Source: a virus
Taxonomy: Duplodnaviria > Caudoviricetes
Strand: one strand, 5' to 3'
Length of the DNA stretch: 64,000 bases
IMG/VR virus record: IMGVR_UViG_3300035491_000281
Below are positions 37,253 to 46,895 of the stretch, one piece after another. Position 1 is the first letter of the stretch, and every line of letters begins with the position of its first letter. Made by a program: the position numbers and the translations under genes. Below the pieces are notes generated by a model that worked only from the letters and a program-made list of their open reading frames with translations, had not been told where the DNA came from and searched no databases.

Positions 37253-38866
37253 AACCCTCAACCCGGTAGTCCGCAACCAAACGCTGGTGATGGCGCGGGC
37301 CGGGGGCCAGACTTTACCGCCGAAACTCTGCACCTGATCGTAACGGGCATGCAAGCCTATTACGAGGAGCAGTGGCTCGCCGAGAAGGGTAGTTTGAGCG
37401 AAGACGAGAAGTCTACCATCGCCGCTCGGGTCAAGCGGGAAGTGCGCGAAAACCGCTGGGACGAGGCCAGCAACACCATCATGGTGAATGCTGCGCAACA
37501 GGCCGCCTTTGAGGATGTGGTTCACCACTATACTCGGGTTTTCACCGACCCGAACTACACGCAGGCATTCCGTCCGACCAACTACATCAACGACCCGAAG
37601 GATTTGCGTGATCTCTCGGCTTTCACCTTCTGGGGGGCGTGGGTCACCGTGGCGGAGCGCCCAGGGCAAAGCTACAGCTATACCCATAACTGGCCGTACG
37701 ATCCGGAAGCGGGTAACTACCCGACCAAGGACACCTACGTCTGGAGTTTCCTGTCGATTGCTGCACTGTTCATCGGTATCATGGCCGTGCTCTACATGTA
37801 CGGTCAAATGAAAGCCACCGGCGATGATCCGTTCAAGGAAAGTCTGCGAGCTGGTATTCTGATGTCGACCCCAGATCTGGAAAAGGGTGTGGTGCGTCCA
37901 ACGCAGCGCAAAACCTACCGTTTCTACATGCTGGCCGCAGTGGCGTTTGGACTGCAGGTGTTGGCCGGGTTCCTCTCGGTCATGGACTTCGCCGATCCAT
38001 TCCATGAAACCATCGCCGGGATTCTACCCTACACAGTGCTGCGCAGCTACCACACCCTGTTGCAGATTTACTGGATGTTCATGTGCTGGGTGGGCTACAC
38101 CATCTTCTTCCTGCCGCGGTTGGCGCCAGTGCCGAAGTATCAGGACAAGTTGATTGACCTGCTTTTCTGGCTGTGTGTGATCGTGGGTGTCGGTGGTGTT
38201 GCAGGCGTCTACTCCGGATACAACGGACTGATCACCGGCATGATGGCCTACTGGTTTGGCAGCCAGGGCTGGGAGTTCATGGCGCAGGGACATCAGAAGT
38301 ACGTCATGGAAGGGGTTTGGCTGTTCGTCCTGGCGGTGAACTTCTGGAACATCTTCGCTGCTGGTGTCTTGGGTTCGCTGCTGAACCTACCCATCATCAA
38401 CTACTTCGAGCACGCCACCTACATCACGGGCAACCACGCTCATGGCGCCATGTTCGGGGTGAAGGGTAACATCGCCCTCGCTGGGGTGTTGTTCTGCTGC
38501 CAGCACCTGATCAAACCGGAACACTGGAATGCCCGACTGATTAAGGTGTCCTTCTGGGCACTCAACATCGGCCTGGCGCTGATGATGTTCCTGGCCCTGT
38601 TCCCGGCCGGGATGTATCAACTGCTGATCATCCTCGAATCGGGATACTGGGCGGCACGGGTGCAGGAAGTCACCGGTGGGGAAATGTTCCGCATGTTCAT
38701 CAACCTGCGCGGGATCGGTATCACGATCTTCTCCATTGGCATGCTGATGATGGTGTGGTTCTTGCTCTCGCGGGTACGCCACCTGCGGGCGGAAACCCAA
38801 CCTGAGGGTGACAACTGGGCCAACCATGAAAATGATTGGCGCAAGCAGCGGGACGAAGCCCTGTAA
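37245..38866 (+). pseudogene. nod: Nitric oxide dismutase (Nod)-clade qNOR-like heme protein, internally deleted; open ORF 37349-38866
   Basis: GDGAGRGPDFTAE, YSYTHNWPYDP, SYHTLLQIYWMFMCWVGYTIFFLPR, GSQGWEF, GVWLFVLAVNFWN, TGNHAHGAMFGVKGNIALAGVLFCCQHL match recalled Nod-type sequences; HxWVE and H(H/N) non-heme-iron segments absent; N-terminal TM absent. Confidence 0.8.
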
Positions 38867-38883
38867 CAAAATCGACTAACGTC

Positions 38884-38920
38884 GGGCATAGGCCTCTCCC
38901 GCGGGAGAGGCTTTATGTCG
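38884..38920 (+). terminator. GC hairpin with GGCATA / TATGTCG flanks
   Basis: GCCTCTCC/GGAGAGGC after the nod stop. Confidence 0.7.
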
Positions 38921-39105
38921 TCAGATGTCGGTCCTACCCCCAAGCGCGCCAAAAGCCGCTGAGACTACTCCAAACGGACTCGGGTACCCTACGGCGGTCG
39001 TGCTGTCGATCGCGCTGTGACGGCGCCGACAGGGGCTCTGAATAGCACTGCAGATAATAACCGATGGCGGACACGGCGGTACCTCAATTGAATCGGATTT
39101 CAGGT

Positions 39106-39114
39106 CTATATAAC
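39106..39114 (+). promoter_or_regulatory. Putative phage early promoter core (CTATATAAC)
   Basis: Identical to 12046-12054 with upstream GATTT. Confidence 0.55.
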
Positions 39115-39173
39115 GTTGATGTACCAAGTCCAGCAAGGCTTCGGTCCCACCCCTAATCTGAAGGAAGATTATC

Positions 39174-39341
39174 ATGCGTATCAAAGTCGGTCCCGTCTCG
39201 ATCAACACCAACAACCTGAACATCACCCTCGACCGCCGCACCATCAAAGGCGCCCCGGTTTGGAAACACGCAGCCTATGTCGCCGGTGGTGTTATTGCCA
39301 CCGCCGCAGCCGGTGCCGTCGTCAGTAACTTTCGTCGTTAA
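39174..39341 (+). CDS. Small protein with C-terminal TM (55 aa, below ORF-track cutoff)
   Basis: RBS AAGGA; MRIKVGPVSIN...AAAGAVVSNFRR*. Confidence 0.55.
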   Translation: MRIKVGPVSINTNNLNITLDRRTIKGAPVWKHAAYVAGGVIATAAAGAVVSNFRR

Positions 39342-39364
39342 CCCGCCCAAGGAAACCTCTCAAA

Positions 39365-39670
39365 ATGCCGCACAATACCGCCAGCAACAAAATTGTCGAT
39401 CTCATCGAACGCCGCGTCCGCCTCAACCAAAAGCGTGGCAACAGCAACCCCGTCACGCTGACCGCCACCATCGACGAACTCAAGGCCCTGATGAGCCTGG
39501 ACCGTCTGAAGACCATCACCCGCAACCGCCTGATTAGCAAGCTGGAATCGCATGGTTACGAGGTGACCTTCACCGGTGGTGAGTTGGTGATCACGGTCGA
39601 TCCGGCGGAGCGCGATTGTCTGTTCACCAGCATCGAGGATCTCGAAGATTCGCTGGAAGAAGACGAGTAA
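39365..39670 (+). CDS. Hypothetical protein
   Basis: RBS AAGGA; followed by terminator. Confidence 0.65.
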   Translation: MPHNTASNKIVDLIERRVRLNQKRGNSNPVTLTATIDELKALMSLDRLKTITRNRLISKLESHGYEVTFTGGELVITVDPAERDCLFTSIEDLEDSLEEDE

Positions 39671-39810
39671 CCGACATAAGCGAGGTCCCGAAAGGGCCTC
39701 GCTGTCGCGTGTTCTTTTTTTTTCTTCGTCCGATCTTTACCACAACAGCCGCGTAGGGAGGTTGACGGAAAAAAGGGAGACCCACAGGTCTCCCGGGTTT
39801 GTAACATCAA

Positions 39811-40917
39811 TCAGAAGTCAACCGCGAACTGTACTTCCTCGTCGTCGCGCGACAGCACGTTGACCTTGTATTGGCCATTGGCTTCTTCCTGAGGGGAAGG
39901 TTGGGTGTCGGAGATGTCGATCCAGCTCTTCATGTAGTGCAGAGGATTGGTTTCGACCTGCGGGAAGTTCATTTCCAGACGCAGGGGGCGGGCGACGTTG
40001 GTCGCCGAGAACAACACCCAGCGGTTGAGGCCGTCCATGGTCAGCTTCTTCAGGTCCTCCCCCTCGGCAAACACGAACTTGTTCCACTCAAGCTCGGTGG
40101 CAACGATCTCATTGAGTACCGCCTCCATCCGGGGTTTGAGTTGTTGGTAGGCAATCTGCCCGCGTTCGGTCTTGAGTTCATGGGTGAGCACCGCCCGATC
40201 GAGGTCAACATGGACTTCGTATTCGTCCTGGCAGATTTTCTGCACCGCCTTGCAGATTGGCATGAACAAGCCTTCTTCCCCAAGCGCAAAGGTCACGGCA
40301 AAAGAGGCCATGAACTGAACTCGCTCCAGGCAGAGCATAACGAAGGCGAACATGAAGACCGCATTGTAGGTCTCCTGATCGTTCGGTACCATCCCCAAGG
40401 CGTACTTCAGACCCCGCTCCCGAATCCAACTCAGCTCGCGCGCGACCGCGTTCAGGCGTTGCATGGCTTCGGTGATCGACAGGATCTCGGCCAGCACGCT
40501 GCGCGGGTCGTCGAAGCTGGAGCGGACGATTTCCGAGTAGGTGGCGGCGTGCACCACTTCGTTGTCGGAAATGCGCTGCCAGGCGGCCCAGAGTTCCGGA
40601 CAGGGGTCGAACAGACTGATCACGTGGGCGATGGTGCGGGAGGCCACCGTATCGGCTTCCCACTGCCAGGCCAGCGACTTGATCATCTTCTGCGACTTAG
40701 ACCGTGGCGCCTGCTTGAACTGGGCGTTGCAGGGATGGTAGTCGAATTCGATTTCATCCCAATCCAGTTCTTTCATCGCCTTGTACAGCGACCAGACCAC
40801 CGGGTGATTGCGGTTGACGGTGTCGAACAACCCCAATGGTTGACCGAGGAACAGACTCTGCTCTTTATAGTCGGTTTTCTCGGCATTGAAAATCTTTGGA
40901 TCAAACGTAACAGTCAT
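39811..40917 (-). CDS. nrdB: Ribonucleotide reductase class Ia beta subunit
   Basis: WEADT, NEVVHAATYS (radical Tyr), ERVQFMASF, DEYEVH. Confidence 0.93.
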   Translation of the reverse strand: MTVTFDPKIFNAEKTDYKEQSLFLGQPLGLFDTVNRNHPVVWSLYKAMKELDWDEIEFDYHPCNAQFKQAPRSKSQKMIKSLAWQWEADTVASRTIAHVISLFDPCPELWAAWQRISDNEVVHAATYSEIVRSSFDDPRSVLAEILSITEAMQRLNAVARELSWIRERGLKYALGMVPNDQETYNAVFMFAFVMLCLERVQFMASFAVTFALGEEGLFMPICKAVQKICQDEYEVHVDLDRAVLTHELKTERGQIAYQQLKPRMEAVLNEIVATELEWNKFVFAEGEDLKKLTMDGLNRWVLFSATNVARPLRLEMNFPQVETNPLHYMKSWIDISDTQPSPQEEANGQYKVNVLSRDDEEVQFAVDF

Positions 40918-40973
40918 GTGTTAAACCTGTAAAGAAAGGAAGGGGTGAAGTGCTCGGCTCCACCCCCTGGTAG

Positions 40974-43442
40974 TTACATCTTGCAGCCGCCCGCACCGCA
41001 GTCAGCCGCTTCCTGGCCGTCGGTGTTGAGGGAAACCACCTCTACCATGGTGCCGTCATCCAGAGCTTTCTGCTTGGACGTCATGCTGTTCTGGTAGTAA
41101 CGCGACTTCAGGCCCATCTTCGTCATGTAGAAGAAGCCGTTGAGCATTTCCGTCGAGGTGATCTTCTCCCCTTGCGAGATCCGCCGCCAGAGGTCGGCCG
41201 AGATGCCCTGATCGGTCCACTTCTGCGCAATGGCGTACATGTCGACCTGATCGATGTGGCTGAGATCCCAGGCAGTCTGGTAATGGTCGCCCAGAGTATC
41301 GCCTTCCGGGGCAGCCCAACGCGACTTGATGTTGTTGTCGGTCTTGGTCAGTACCAGCTCCCGCACCGGGTACAGGGAGTTCGGCTGACCAGAGGCCTTG
41401 GAGCTGGACTCGCCCGGCATGTGGCTGGCTACACAGCTGAAACGCATCCCGCGGTTGGCAATGAGTGCGGCACGAACCGCATCCCAGTCACGGGTCAGTT
41501 CTTGTGTATGGATACTGTCAACGTTGCGGTTGTAGGTATCCAGCGGCAAGTAACCTTCCGGCCAACGCGTGCGGTGCATCCACGGTGCATTCCCCCGCTC
41601 CTGACCCAGCTTGATCGACTGAGTGATCAGGTGGTACATGTGGGTCTCGTGCAGGCGGTGCATGGCGTTCTTGCCTTCAATATCGTCGTAACGATAGTGA
41701 TTCTTCGCCATCCAGTAGGCCAGGCCCATGATACCGATACCGGCGTTCATGCGGGCTTTGCTGGTGTAACCGATATGCGGTAGTTCGTAGTGCGCCTTGT
41801 GAATGCAGATATCCACCATCAGTAGGGCGTAGTAGATGACCTCGGCGTACTCTTCGTCCGACTCGATCATCGCCGGCACTACCGCGGCAATGTTACACAT
41901 GGCCACTTCCGGCTCAGCCTTGGTTTCGAGGATCTTCCAGACCTTACCGACTTTTCCATCCTGCGTGGCGTAGGACTGACCCACCTGCAGGTCAATGGCC
42001 GGAATTACCGTGCGTTTCGTACCCACCACGGTTACCGGTTCCACAGCCGACAACTTCAGCTCTACGCCGCCGTCGTTGATGAAACGGATGAAGCCCACCG
42101 ATTCCGCCTGGTACAGATCCATCATGTGCTGGTAGCCACGCTGTGGCAGCATGATTTCCTGACACAGATTGGAGGCGTAGATGGTGTCGTAGAACGGGGT
42201 GTGACGATTCATCTCGTCAACCCAGGTCAGGTAGTAGCGACCGGTCTCGTATGCTTCGTTCAGCGCCAGCAGGATCTGCTCACGGGCGTTGAAGTAGTCC
42301 TTGACAAACAGTGGGTCCTGTTCGTACTTGGTGTAGAGCTCCTCGAAGCGCTTCTCGTCGCCCGAGTACAGAGCGTCGTAGAGATCTGGCGCGGTGAAGC
42401 TGTTGAAGCGGAACAGCTTTTCCTTGCGGGCAGCGAAACGGGCCAGCCATTTGTTGACCGACATGCTGTAGTCGATCCCGCGGATCTTTTTGCTGTCTAC
42501 CGACATCGGGTTAGCCAGCGAGACCAGGGTTTCGCCTTCGGGGTCGTACGCCTGCCAGGTCAGCGTGTCAGCGCCACCGCGACCATTCTGCAGATTCGCG
42601 CCGACCATCTCTTTGGTGGCACGGATGTACGGTAGTTTACCCTGGTGTTCGATCATACCGCCGCGCACCGGATCACCGATGGAGCGGGTATTGAGGTGCG
42701 TACCACAACCGGCCGACATGTAGGTCATGGTGTAAGCAATATGCAGACCCACCCCGATGGACGCGGCATCGTCGTTGTTGCTGTAGATGCAGCAGGAGGC
42801 GTAGCCATTCAGTGGCGTGCCCAGGTTAACGAAATTCGGGGTCGGGGCATTCAGACGACCACCGGAGAGGTGGTAGTAGAGGCGCTCGACGTCGCGCATG
42901 CGGCGCGCTTTGGGTTGGTCTTCGGCCAATGCCATGGCCATGCGCATGTAAGTGTATTGCGGGGTCTCGTAGTTGACGCGCTTGACGCGGTCCTGCAACC
43001 CGTACTTCTTGAAAATGTAGTCCAGACGGAAGTGTGGGTAGGTCTTGTCGAGGTTGTGGTTGATGATCTGCTCGACCTGCGCATATTCAGCGTCGCTGTA
43101 GCGCAGTTTGACCATGTAGCCAATTCCAGCCAGTTTCTGATGCAGTTCTTGCACCGTCGGCATCTGGCGACCAAAGGTGCGCTTGTGCAGCAACGGGGCG
43201 AGCAGGCGTCCAGCCATGAGGTAGTGCGACCAGGTTTCGCCCTGCAGGGTACGCTCAATCAGGCGGTCCTGCAACTCCAGAGAGCTGAGTACGGTCGGGG
43301 CTTCGTTGACGACATCAAGTAAAATACTCTGCCAGTCAATCTGGACCGGTAGGTTCTCCGCAGCATACTCTCCCCAACGCTTAAGCTTGGGGGCAATGAA
43401 GGGTTCACTGTAGCCGTCGAATTTGATAACTTCTTTGATCAT
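40974..43442 (-). CDS. nrdA: Ribonucleotide reductase class Ia alpha subunit
   Basis: APTPNF, YASCC, ASNLCQEI, AMCNIA, C-terminal CGAGGC. Confidence 0.95.
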   Translation of the reverse strand: MIKEVIKFDGYSEPFIAPKLKRWGEYAAENLPVQIDWQSILLDVVNEAPTVLSSLELQDRLIERTLQGETWSHYLMAGRLLAPLLHKRTFGRQMPTVQELHQKLAGIGYMVKLRYSDAEYAQVEQIINHNLDKTYPHFRLDYIFKKYGLQDRVKRVNYETPQYTYMRMAMALAEDQPKARRMRDVERLYYHLSGGRLNAPTPNFVNLGTPLNGYASCCIYSNNDDAASIGVGLHIAYTMTYMSAGCGTHLNTRSIGDPVRGGMIEHQGKLPYIRATKEMVGANLQNGRGGADTLTWQAYDPEGETLVSLANPMSVDSKKIRGIDYSMSVNKWLARFAARKEKLFRFNSFTAPDLYDALYSGDEKRFEELYTKYEQDPLFVKDYFNAREQILLALNEAYETGRYYLTWVDEMNRHTPFYDTIYASNLCQEIMLPQRGYQHMMDLYQAESVGFIRFINDGGVELKLSAVEPVTVVGTKRTVIPAIDLQVGQSYATQDGKVGKVWKILETKAEPEVAMCNIAAVVPAMIESDEEYAEVIYYALLMVDICIHKAHYELPHIGYTSKARMNAGIGIMGLAYWMAKNHYRYDDIEGKNAMHRLHETHMYHLITQSIKLGQERGNAPWMHRTRWPEGYLPLDTYNRNVDSIHTQELTRDWDAVRAALIANRGMRFSCVASHMPGESSSKASGQPNSLYPVRELVLTKTDNNIKSRWAAPEGDTLGDHYQTAWDLSHIDQVDMYAIAQKWTDQGISADLWRRISQGEKITSTEMLNGFFYMTKMGLKSRYYQNSMTSKQKALDDGTMVEVVSLNTDGQEAADCGAGGCKM

Positions 43443-43731
43443 GGTTGGTATGCCTTAACCGTACAGCGTAGGGAATAAAAAAACAGCCGTGACGGCTGCT
43501 GTGTCAAGTGCGGAGTTCTTAGGCAATGACTCCGTCGGAATTCGTTGGGTCGGATGGGTTACCTTAGCCTCCCCAGCTATAGGATAACCCCAAAACCGTT
43601 TAGCATACTTTTATCCGTCGGGGTATCTTTTCCCAACCCCGCATCAACACTGGACTTGTCGAAAACCACGGCTAAAAAATACACTAGAGTACCCTATCAG
43701 ACACTAGACAATAACCCCTTCGGACATTGCC

Positions 43732-43983
43732 ATGTTCCCTACACTCGCCTTTGCCGTCTGCCTTGCGCTGATCCTGTTCGTGGTCAGTTCATTGGCGGTC
43801 AACCCCTTCCGTTATGACTTCATGACCTTGGATGAGCGTATCGCTCAACTAAAGGATGACATCCAGCAGAACCCTAAGGGGTACGCGGCCGTGTACTTCC
43901 TGTGGTTGATTCCATCCATGATCATCGCCTGCCTGTTCGACTTCACCAGTCGGATTTTTGCACACGCCCTTTTAGGAGTCTGA
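43732..43983 (+). CDS. Small membrane protein
   Basis: Two TM segments. Confidence 0.55.
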   Translation: MFPTLAFAVCLALILFVVSSLAVNPFRYDFMTLDERIAQLKDDIQQNPKGYAAVYFLWLIPSMIIACLFDFTSRIFAHALLGV

Positions 43984-43986
43984 TCG

Positions 43987-44874
43987 ATGAACGATCTGAA
44001 TGTTCACTGTGTGTACCACGCCGACTGCCTTGACGGCTTCACAGCAGCGTGGGTGGTAAAGCAGTTCTATCCGAACGCTACATTCGAGGCAGCCGAATAC
44101 GGCGCATCCCTCCCGGATGTGCCGGCCGACACCCACGTCCTGATCGTGGACTTCTCCTACCCCGCGGATAAGTTGGCAGAACTTGCTCAGCGTGTACGTT
44201 GGGTGACGGTGATCGATCACCACGCCTCAGCGATCAATGCGCTGACGCCGTACCGACACAGCCTACCGAGTAATGTCGATCTCATTCTGGACCTCGAACG
44301 CTCGGGCGCGGGTTTGACTTGGGACTTCCTTTATAAGCCAGAGGAACACAACTACCCCAAAAGCTTGAAGGAGAGAAATGGACGGGGATTCACGCCCAGC
44401 ATTGTAACTTATGTCCAAGACCGAGACCTGTGGCGCTTCGTTCATGGTGACGTCACTCGACAGTATTGTCGTTACCTGATTGCCTGCGAGTTCACCTTCG
44501 AGGAATGGGATCGGGCGCATTTCATGGACCCGCTTGCCGTCTGCGCCAAAGGGCAGGTGCTAATGCAAAGCGATGATCGATTCATCGACTGGCATCTGAA
44601 GAACACCAAGCGCTCGATTCAGCTCGGGCCGTATCGCGCCCCGCTGGTGAACGTGCCGCGTTACCTGATGTCGGAAACCCTCAACCGACTGACCGAGGAT
44701 AACGACCTGGTTGTAGGTTACTACGACACCAAGAAAGGGCGCCGATTCCGCCTGAATGCTCCGAAGGGTAGTCCGGTCGATTGCGCGGCGTTAGCTGAGC
44801 AGTTCGGTGGAGGTGGACATCGCACCTCAGCAGGATTTACTGTTCCACGTGACCACCGCCTCGCCAAAGTCTAA
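43987..44874 (+). CDS. DHH/DHHA1 phosphoesterase
   Basis: YHADCLDG, VDFS, IDHH, DRDLW, FGGGGH. Confidence 0.92.
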   Translation: MNDLNVHCVYHADCLDGFTAAWVVKQFYPNATFEAAEYGASLPDVPADTHVLIVDFSYPADKLAELAQRVRWVTVIDHHASAINALTPYRHSLPSNVDLILDLERSGAGLTWDFLYKPEEHNYPKSLKERNGRGFTPSIVTYVQDRDLWRFVHGDVTRQYCRYLIACEFTFEEWDRAHFMDPLAVCAKGQVLMQSDDRFIDWHLKNTKRSIQLGPYRAPLVNVPRYLMSETLNRLTEDNDLVVGYYDTKKGRRFRLNAPKGSPVDCAALAEQFGGGGHRTSAGFTVPRDHRLAKV

Positions 44875-44878
44875 TCGA

Positions 44879-44940
44879 CGGCATACACCCCCAACCTACC
44901 CGTGTCGAAACACCGGTGGGCTGGGGGTGGGCTTATGCCG
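44879..44940. terminator. Long bidirectional hairpin between convergent genes
   Basis: CGGCATA ... TATGCCG perfect outer flanks, inner GTGT-CGAA-ACAC. Confidence 0.7.
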
Positions 44941-44948
44941 CTAGTGGG

Positions 44949-46673
44949 TTACAGGGGGCCGTAGGCGTTACAGGTTTTACCGATACGCTTAAGCAAGGGA
45001 TTAGCATTCTCCTTGATCGTACCGTCGGCTTTGTTCATGCCGTTGGCATAGTTGTCGCCGAACCCCGGGCCACTGAGCCATTGTGTGGATGGGATATTGT
45101 GTTGATCAAACAGGTCGTAAAGCGCGTCCAGAGCTTCGATCAGGTAGCCGGCAGTGGCTGGACCACCGAACTCACCCGCGAAGCCACGCTTCTTATTGGT
45201 CTTGAGCCAGTTGATCCAGATGCTCCAGTCTTTGACGCCCTGATCAGCAGTTACCGGATCGGTCAGCGATTTCCACTGACCACCCCCGTTGCCCTGTTTG
45301 TCCATGTACTGATGGGCTTCGTAGAGCAGGCGATCGGATGGGTCGTGAAGGTCTTTGAGGTTGTCGCTCTGCGACGGCCATAGTTTGGCGGAGCTATAGG
45401 CGTTACCTCCAATCAGAATAAAGGTATTTCGATCTACCTTCCGAATAGTGTCGATACACATCTGCGCGGCGATAGGCCATTTACTGTTAACGTCTACCTT
45501 GTCATCGTTGCGGTAGTGGGGCTCGTTCATCAACCCGTACCCCAACAGCGCTGGATGATCCTTGAACACGGTGGCTAGCCGTTGCCAGAAATCAGCCAAG
45601 CCTTCGTATGAGATTGGGCAATCGGGCTCACCGATCACCGTCCACATGGCAATGCCGTCGGCTAGATGGTTGTGGTACTCAGCATAATGCCGGCCCGATT
45701 GGGCGCGGCTACTTACCTTCGCCCACCAACGGAAATAGTTGTGGAGGTCGATCACCACCTTCCCCTGATACTTGTGGATCAGATCCATTGCCTCGATGAT
45801 TTCATCCAGATAGGGTCGGTACAAGGCTTCGCCATTAACGCTGATCAGACGTTCGCCGGCAATCGGTAGGCGGGCAATCCAACTCTCGCCTGGTTTGAGT
45901 TTCTTGACGAAGCCTACCAGTAGCTTCTCTTCCGGTTTACGGTAGTGGGTACCGGCCTTGGTTACGCCAATCCCGTTGATCGCATCTAACGCGGGGTTAT
46001 TACCCAATCCGGCGACGTTCATGCCACGCAATGGTAACTCCCCTTCAGGCTTTGGGGTCGGGGTCGGTTGGACTACCTCCTCGTCAGTCGGCGGTACATG
46101 ATCAGTGGGTTGGTCATCGTCGGGTTGGTAATCACTCAATACCGCGTTGATCTCGTGGGGATACCCGACTTGTTCGGGGTCTAAGCGGTCGCCGTCCATG
46201 AAGATGCTGATGTTATTGCCGACCAGCTGTTGGTACGTGATCTTGCGCACGTCGCCGTTAGCCAAGCGTACCGTAGCCCCCTCGATAAAGTTGGTTTGGT
46301 TGGCTGAGGTGAGTGGGATCGATACACCGGCCCGGTCGCGGAGCCAAACACCCCGGTTCCAGTCGTTGTTGCTGAAGTTATTGATCGGAGCAGGATATCC
46401 CACCTCGTGAGGTGGATTGGGGATCTCGGGTTCGGTAACGGTCGAATCCGGAATAGACGGAGCAGGCTGCTCCGGAGTTGGGGTGGGTTGCACCGGAAGC
46501 GTTCCGGCCGTCAGTTCTGAAATCACAGCGGACAAGCGAGTCAGCGACGTATTGAGTTCGCTGACATGCCTTGATAAAGTCTGGTTCTGTTCAACCAGCC
46601 CCTGTATCTGCTGGCCGAACTCAGCTTTGAGTTTATCGACCGTGGCTTGGGCAATGATGTCTTCTGCTGACAT
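44949..46673 (-). CDS. GH5 endoglucanase (cellulase-like) with N-terminal coiled coil and accessory domain
   Basis: RLP...ERL, DLHNY, GLMNEPH (acid/base Glu), YEAHQY, FAGEFG (nucleophile Glu). Confidence 0.88.
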   Translation of the reverse strand: MSAEDIIAQATVDKLKAEFGQQIQGLVEQNQTLSRHVSELNTSLTRLSAVISELTAGTLPVQPTPTPEQPAPSIPDSTVTEPEIPNPPHEVGYPAPINNFSNNDWNRGVWLRDRAGVSIPLTSANQTNFIEGATVRLANGDVRKITYQQLVGNNISIFMDGDRLDPEQVGYPHEINAVLSDYQPDDDQPTDHVPPTDEEVVQPTPTPKPEGELPLRGMNVAGLGNNPALDAINGIGVTKAGTHYRKPEEKLLVGFVKKLKPGESWIARLPIAGERLISVNGEALYRPYLDEIIEAMDLIHKYQGKVVIDLHNYFRWWAKVSSRAQSGRHYAEYHNHLADGIAMWTVIGEPDCPISYEGLADFWQRLATVFKDHPALLGYGLMNEPHYRNDDKVDVNSKWPIAAQMCIDTIRKVDRNTFILIGGNAYSSAKLWPSQSDNLKDLHDPSDRLLYEAHQYMDKQGNGGGQWKSLTDPVTADQGVKDWSIWINWLKTNKKRGFAGEFGGPATAGYLIEALDALYDLFDQHNIPSTQWLSGPGFGDNYANGMNKADGTIKENANPLLKRIGKTCNAYGPL

Positions 46674-46895
46674 GGGTATACCTCATTCATTAAAGGACTT
46701 ACGGCCTTGTTGTGAATAAGTGTGCGGCATAAACACGTCCTCGACGTTAAAGGTATCCGTACCTGTGTCGAGTTTTATAGTGATCCACATCCTTGCGGAC
46801 ATACGTCAATAGAATAATAACCTCCAGTAAAAGTTGTTTTCTTAAGGTCTGGGCGCACCCTAATATGCTATGCCCACCCCTTAGGAGTCCACATC

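Noticed and set aside
37349-38866. Functional qNOR/NorB or cytochrome oxidase subunit I
   Set aside because: Signature motifs are Nod-type, and the segments carrying the non-heme metal ligands are missing
38925-39090. Fifth structured RNA, or the minus-strand ORF 38921-39247
   Set aside because: Only short stems (GCGGTCG/CGATCGC, GGTACC palindromes), expected at this GC content; the ORF overlaps a promoter and a better + strand gene
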